Assembly: GCA_963663405.2 (NCBI GenBank)
Contig: CAXXSM010000158.1
Coordinates: 1-11,503 of the forward strand
From: a bacterium
GTDB lineage: Bacteria > Hinthialibacterota > Hinthialibacteria > Hinthialibacterales > Hinthialibacteraceae
Reading direction: 5' to 3'
Length of the DNA stretch: 11,503 nt
In this document: positions 7,188 through 11,503 of the stretch, one piece after another
Layout: each line of letters begins with the position of its first letter
How positions within the stretch are numbered: the stretch's first letter is position 1
The notes under the pieces: model-generated
Told to the model about the DNA's origin: nothing
The model's database searches: none
Seen by the model: only the letters and a program-made list of their open reading frames with translations
Made by a program: the position numbers and the translations under genes

Positions 7188-9329
7188 TCACGGCATTTTC
7201 ATGAGATTCTCCCAGCGTACATTCCATTTTCCATCCTTCGGAAAACCAGGAGCGTCGATTTTGGGACCGTTATCCCATCCTGCCGCCATCATAGAAACCG
7301 CTGTTAACAAACCTCCATTGGCGGGTAGATACGTGGGAAGATTCTTACGTTGATAGCAATGTCCGTTGGGGAGGTACTGATTTTTGGGCGTGTCCATCAG
7401 CAACGATTGTATAGCGAGTTCTGGTTCACCAACTCGCGCGGCTGTCATGGCCATCATTGGGTAATCCCATCCCCATGTGCTTGGCCAATTCCAATCTTCA
7501 AAGATTTTATGCAAAGTCCTACGCATAATTTGGGGATCAACAAGTTCACTTTCCGGCAACACACCCAATGCGGCCACTAAAGAAGGATGATCCCGCCGCA
7601 GCGCTGGATTTTCGAATGTGTCCAAAGTTGATTCCGTCGTAACATAGACATCCTTGTTTTGAGGTAAAGGCGCTAAGCGGTCAATAATATCCTGCCATTT
7701 GGGTTCCGGCTCCAATCCCAAACGCGTTCTCCATTCCTGCGCGTATTGCAATCCCCAAGCCCAATACGCCAATTCATACGTTGGATTATACGTTTTATCC
7801 GGCGGGTAGCATTCCTGCGCGGGGATCAATGGAGGACCAAGAACATACCGTTCTTTTTCTGGATCGAAATACGCGTAGGAAGCCATAAATTGGGCAGTCT
7901 CAAAAACAATTTCTTGATATCGTTTCAGTAACTCTTCACTTGGATTGGCGCGGTAGCATAACTCGGCGTAATAGATCGGATGCGGCTGCTGCCATATCAA
8001 AAATACGCCGATCCCAGAAGGCCCTTCCCGGCCATCCGGCCCAACCATCTTTGGCCACCGCGCCCCGTTGTATCCTTGCAAAGCAGCCATTTTTTTCGCT
8101 TGTGGAAGAATCTGTTGATACCAAGACAAACTCTTCTCAAGCATCGGCGTCCGGTTCCACAAAGCAAAATGCACGGCATGCCACCAGTGCATTTCCAAGT
8201 GAAACTTGCCATACCAACTATTGTGCGTCAATCCGGATTCCTGTGGCGGAATGGAGGAGGCGCATTGTATGGCGGTCAGATATTGAGAGAGAATGACACG
8301 CCGTTCAAGTTCAACTGCGCGTGGATCACTGCATTGACTAAAATCAACAGCGCCGCCACTCATCCAAAACCTCTTCCAAAACGCAGCGCAATCCGCGCGA
8401 ACCCCCGCAACATCAATTAGAGATTTTGTAATTTCCTCTTTTGAAAATTCACATGTAAATTCAAAGAAGCTTCCTTTTCCCGGCTGAAGCAAAAAAGAAT
8501 GAGCTTCTTTTTGAATCCAATCGCAATGGCCTGAATACTGGATGCGGACATAATACACATCCTCATCAAGCGTCCGTTTCAATACAACCAATCCCATTTC
8601 CTGTTTCAAAATGGTAGTTGTATGCCGGTCAGGTGAATTCCAATCAGCCATGCCCGGCCCCCAATTTTCAGAACCATATGGAAAAGAAAAACAGACGGGC
8701 AGATTCTCCAAGCAATGTTCACCGGTTTCCACACGGACCGCAATCAGATCTCGATTTGGATGACAGACAGTGACAACCTTTACAGGATGCCCATCGATCG
8801 TGAAAGAACTGCGTAATTCTCCTTTCCACAAATCGAGGGTTTGTTGAACCTCTTTCAATTCATCAATTAAAAGTTCAGTCGTATCCGCATGTTGAAGTTG
8901 AAAACCGATCCGGCCCAGATGAAGCCGGTGAGGATTGGCCCGAAGCCAACGTCCGGCCGGTAAGTTCGTCCGAGCAGCATAGGGAACCTTCCGCCCATAG
9001 GTGTCATAATACGCGAAGGTTTCATCTAACTTGTAAGGTGTTTTAGATGGAATTGTATGCCACCCCCATGAGGACAACGTTCCCAAAGGAATCCCGTCCT
9101 GATAAAAACCGGGGAATGTCTGCAAACCAGTCACATCAGCGGTAAACGCGAATTCCCCATTGCCAACCGAGAAAGGAGCCAATGGATCCGCTTTTTCAAT
9201 ACATGGATTATGACGATTGACCAAGGCGAAACGATCGATCGAACCGGTCCCATCCGCCACACAATAATTTGTTAAAAAAAAAACCGCCGGCAATAAAAAT
9301 GCGGATAGAATTTTAATTTTGTTAACCAT
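7188..9329 (-). CDS. Secreted six-hairpin (alpha/alpha)6 glycosidase of unknown specificity, GH95/GH65-like
   Basis: Intact 713-aa ORF with a signal-peptide-like N-terminus. Motifs IDRFALVNRHNP, VGNGEFAFTADVTGLQT, NPHRLHLG, FWMSGGAVD, ELERRVILSQY, PPQESGL..WYGKFHLEM, GARWPKM, IPAQE, DHPS, WGWDY and YLPANGGLL, in an order paralleling the GH95 catalytic barrel. Family assignment is by recall only. Confidence 0.75.
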   Translation of the reverse strand: MVNKIKILSAFLLPAVFFLTNYCVADGTGSIDRFALVNRHNPCIEKADPLAPFSVGNGEFAFTADVTGLQTFPGFYQDGIPLGTLSSWGWHTIPSKTPYKLDETFAYYDTYGRKVPYAARTNLPAGRWLRANPHRLHLGRIGFQLQHADTTELLIDELKEVQQTLDLWKGELRSSFTIDGHPVKVVTVCHPNRDLIAVRVETGEHCLENLPVCFSFPYGSENWGPGMADWNSPDRHTTTILKQEMGLVVLKRTLDEDVYYVRIQYSGHCDWIQKEAHSFLLQPGKGSFFEFTCEFSKEEITKSLIDVAGVRADCAAFWKRFWMSGGAVDFSQCSDPRAVELERRVILSQYLTAIQCASSIPPQESGLTHNSWYGKFHLEMHWWHAVHFALWNRTPMLEKSLSWYQQILPQAKKMAALQGYNGARWPKMVGPDGREGPSGIGVFLIWQQPHPIYYAELCYRANPSEELLKRYQEIVFETAQFMASYAYFDPEKERYVLGPPLIPAQECYPPDKTYNPTYELAYWAWGLQYAQEWRTRLGLEPEPKWQDIIDRLAPLPQNKDVYVTTESTLDTFENPALRRDHPSLVAALGVLPESELVDPQIMRRTLHKIFEDWNWPSTWGWDYPMMAMTAARVGEPELAIQSLLMDTPKNQYLPNGHCYQRKNLPTYLPANGGLLTAVSMMAAGWDNGPKIDAPGFPKDGKWNVRWENLMKMP

Positions 9330-9331
9330 TA
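9327..9331 (-). other. Overlapping stop/start (TAATG), suggesting translational coupling of GH51 and the GH95/65-like gene
   Basis: TAA at 9331-9329 shares base 9329 with ATG at 9329-9327. Confidence 0.8.
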
Positions 9332-10396
9332 TTTCACACCAAATTTGAATATAGAAACACTAATCGGTGAAACGATCAGGCGCCCATCATTCCACATCAC
9401 CGGGACTTCTTCAATCGTCACATCCGGCGCTTCCCCAGGTGTGTTATGAGCCATTTTATCTGAACCGGTGATCTGCCAGCGTTGCCCAACACTATTCACT
9501 TTCACACCCTTTAATTCAACCGGCAGTGAAACCGGCTCATCCGTTGGATTCACAATGGATATCGTGATCGCGTTCTGATCCGATGTCCATGCGGCGGCAA
9601 CGTATAATGGCTCAGGCGCGTCCGTGACACGGACAGGAATTTCTCCATAATGACGCCGGTACAATTTCAATGCCAGTCCCGTTGTTTCAAACTGCGCTTC
9701 TGTTTTATTGGTTTTAATCGCGCCAATGACATTCACCGTCTGCGCATAATTCGCCATGAAAAAGAGATCGCTGTTCTTGAAATATTCATGAAGACCGGCG
9801 GCGATTCCCAACGCGTCCTGCAGATGATACTGACAACCGAGTTCGCCATAGATATAGCGGCCATACCAATAATTCCATTCATCCATCGCGATGCGAATAT
9901 CCTTTGCTTCCAATCCTTCAATCGATTCACGGTATTGACGATGCGCATCCGCGACACGCCGGATGGCATTAGGTATCAGCGCCACATGTTCAATCAGATT
10001 GGTTTTGCTCTTTTGATAAATATGTTCGCTGATTAAATCCATATGATCCGAACAGACATTCATCATCGTTTGACTCCAGTCGCCAACAGCGCCGACGGCG
10101 ATCAACTGGATGGATGGATCAATGTGGTACATCAATTCCGCACATTGATTATGCTTTTTCACATAATCTTCCAACGGCATATGTCCCTTTTGCCAATCGC
10201 CATACATCTCATTCCCAACCGCCCACCAACGAACGTTAAACGGTTCGGGATGTCCATTTTTAGCGCGTAATTTTCCCATGGGCGTATCAACACTGCCATT
10301 GCAATATTCCACTTCTTCCGCCGCGAGTTCAACGGAACCGAGTCCCGTGTTCACAGCGATAAAAGGTTCTGCGTCAATCAATTCACATAGATCCAT
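9329..10396 (-). CDS. GH51 alpha-L-arabinofuranosidase, C-terminal part of frameshifted gene (frame open from about 10452)
   Basis: Catalytic motifs WWAVGNEMYG (acid/base Glu, 10208-10210) and IAMDEWNYW (nucleophile Glu, 9878-9880), MANYAQTVNVIG, and a C-terminal beta-sandwich region. The frame extends upstream as KNPAWTGIEHNDVGIHEFMDLC. Confidence 0.92.
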   Translation of the reverse strand: MDLCELIDAEPFIAVNTGLGSVELAAEEVEYCNGSVDTPMGKLRAKNGHPEPFNVRWWAVGNEMYGDWQKGHMPLEDYVKKHNQCAELMYHIDPSIQLIAVGAVGDWSQTMMNVCSDHMDLISEHIYQKSKTNLIEHVALIPNAIRRVADAHRQYRESIEGLEAKDIRIAMDEWNYWYGRYIYGELGCQYHLQDALGIAAGLHEYFKNSDLFFMANYAQTVNVIGAIKTNKTEAQFETTGLALKLYRRHYGEIPVRVTDAPEPLYVAAAWTSDQNAITISIVNPTDEPVSLPVELKGVKVNSVGQRWQITGSDKMAHNTPGEAPDVTIEEVPVMWNDGRLIVSPISVSIFKFGVK

Positions 10397-11271
10397 AAAT
10401 TCATGAATTCCGACATCATTATGTTCAATACCCGTCCAGGCGGGATTCTTGCGGGGGGACGTTTATCGCGGTCGCCGACGCCGTCTTTCCAATTGTAATC
10501 ACTGACAAAATTCCCACCCGGCCAGCGATAAACAGGCGCATCCAGTTCTTTTAAAAGCTGCAGAGTATCAGGCCGGAAACCTTTCACATTGTCCACTGGC
10601 ATCAACGAAACCGTTCCAACTCGAAAAGCGCCTTTTCCATGCCCCACAATACGCAGACGGCCTTTCAATGTATCCCTTTTGGATGTCATGCGGAATGAAT
10701 ATTTCTTGTATTCATTTGTAAGTTTGTCAATTGTATAGACGACACATTCATCCTCTCCGTCTCCACAAACTAAACTGACTTTGATTGGAACCGCGTCAGA
10801 ATCACCCGCGGCGATAATATACCCCACATATTCTTTGCCAGCCAAGAACGCCAATTCCCCCTGTTCAATCCCGGCCGGCGCATCACTAATCTTAATTTCC
10901 GGCGTATGTTCACCGGTAAAAGATCCTTCTTTCACCATACGGACTGTCCCCTCACCACCAATCACTTTCCAGGGCGAACCTGTTAAAACGGGAAAATCAC
11001 CGCCCCTCCAAAAACCTCTATCCGTCTCGGTTGACCAAGGTTTATATTCATCCGTAACGGGAAAAAAGAACTTTCGGTCTTCCAGCATCTCCGCCCAAAT
11101 CCCGCCATAAATACAACGGCCCAAATGCTCGATAAACTGACCGTAGATATACTTTGAGATCGGTTCCCCGGTTTTCGTGGTATGAATCGTCACCTTGTTT
11201 CCCCCCCACACAAAACACGGAATCAGCAGCAAACAAAAAACCAATGTCATTTTTCGAAGATTCATTTTCAT
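10378..11271 (-). CDS. GH51 alpha-L-arabinofuranosidase, N-terminal part of frameshifted gene
   Basis: Signal peptide, then ISKYIYGQFIEHLGRCIYGGIWAEML, an inserted beta-rich segment, and GFRPD..RWPGGNFVSDYNWKDGVGDRDKRP. The true start may be the ATG at 11265, since SD AGGGAG is 9 nt upstream of it but only 3 nt upstream of 11271. Confidence 0.92.
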   Translation of the reverse strand: MKMNLRKMTLVFCLLLIPCFVWGGNKVTIHTTKTGEPISKYIYGQFIEHLGRCIYGGIWAEMLEDRKFFFPVTDEYKPWSTETDRGFWRGGDFPVLTGSPWKVIGGEGTVRMVKEGSFTGEHTPEIKISDAPAGIEQGELAFLAGKEYVGYIIAAGDSDAVPIKVSLVCGDGEDECVVYTIDKLTNEYKKYSFRMTSKRDTLKGRLRIVGHGKGAFRVGTVSLMPVDNVKGFRPDTLQLLKELDAPVYRWPGGNFVSDYNWKDGVGDRDKRPPARIPPGRVLNIMMSEFMNLWIYVN

Positions 11272-11274
11272 TGT

Positions 11275-11280
11275 CTCCCT
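11275..11280 (-). promoter_or_regulatory. Shine-Dalgarno sequence of the GH51 gene
   Basis: Minus strand reads AGGGAG-ACA-ATG-AAA-ATG. Confidence 0.65.
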
Positions 11281-11335
11281 AAATTTGCAAAAATTTTTAC
11301 ACTTAATCTTGAATCGCTAAATCTGATAAAAATCA

Positions 11336-11364
11336 ATCCTACGGCAATCAACATCCATTGTCAA
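11336..11364 (-). promoter_or_regulatory. Putative sigma70-type promoter of the operon
   Basis: Minus strand: perfect -35 TTGACA (11364-11359), 17-bp spacer, -10 TAGGAT (11341-11336; 4/6 match including the most conserved positions). It lies about 65 nt upstream of the first gene. Confidence 0.7.
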
Positions 11365-11503
11365 ATGTTTCTAAAAACAATCAAAAGTCCAGCGATACAG
11401 AATGAAAAATCGGTTTTTTCAAGAAAAATTGAACCATTTAGCTCTTACTGCGTATTGGGGTTTATGATATCCTAGATAAACTGCTGTCGCGGTGAATGCA
11501 ATC

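Noticed and set aside
3240-9600. Apparent GC difference between the left genes and GH51 (20/60 GC at 3661-3720 versus 32/60 at 9541-9600) as evidence of mosaic origin
   Set aside because: Based on two hand-picked lines and explainable by amino-acid composition; it needs a sliding-window or GC3 calculation.
3074-10458. Programmed ribosomal frameshifting as an explanation for the three split genes
   Set aside because: The required shifts differ in direction, the sites share no slippery motif, and I saw no obvious stimulatory structure; two of the breaks would leave non-functional half-domains.
232-11110. Short plus-strand ORFs (e.g. 1127..1441, 7940..8296, 7980..8420, 9650..10036, 10781..11110) and nested alternate-frame minus-strand ORFs
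   Set aside because: They lie antisense to, or within, well-supported CAZyme genes and show no recognisable motifs; treated as shadow ORFs.
11182-11475. 97-aa plus-strand ORF across the promoter region
   Set aside because: It overlaps the GH51 start antisense, has no motif or SD, and spans AT-rich regulatory DNA.

Overview
The window holds the 5' part of a co-oriented, minus-strand operon of five secreted pectin-degrading enzymes, read right to left from a well-formed sigma70-like promoter (TTGACA-17 bp-TAGGAT, 11336-11364). In order: (1) a GH51 alpha-L-arabinofuranosidase; (2) an uncharacterised GH95/GH65-like (alpha/alpha)6 glycosidase; (3) a PL11 rhamnogalacturonan lyase (YesW-like); (4) an apparent fusion of a GH127/GH146 cysteine-nucleophile beta-L-arabinofuranosidase domain to a PL1 pectate lyase domain; (5) a second GH127 with Gln in place of the catalytic acid/base Glu, the hallmark of aceric-acid hydrolases such as BT1003. 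Gene 5 is missing from the ORF track because it runs off the left edge. Genes 1, 3 and 4 are each split by a single 1-nt indel that I could locate by eye; these are most likely sequencing or assembly errors. I saw no RNA genes, mobile elements or CRISPR arrays. Family assignments come from motif recognition, not database searches.
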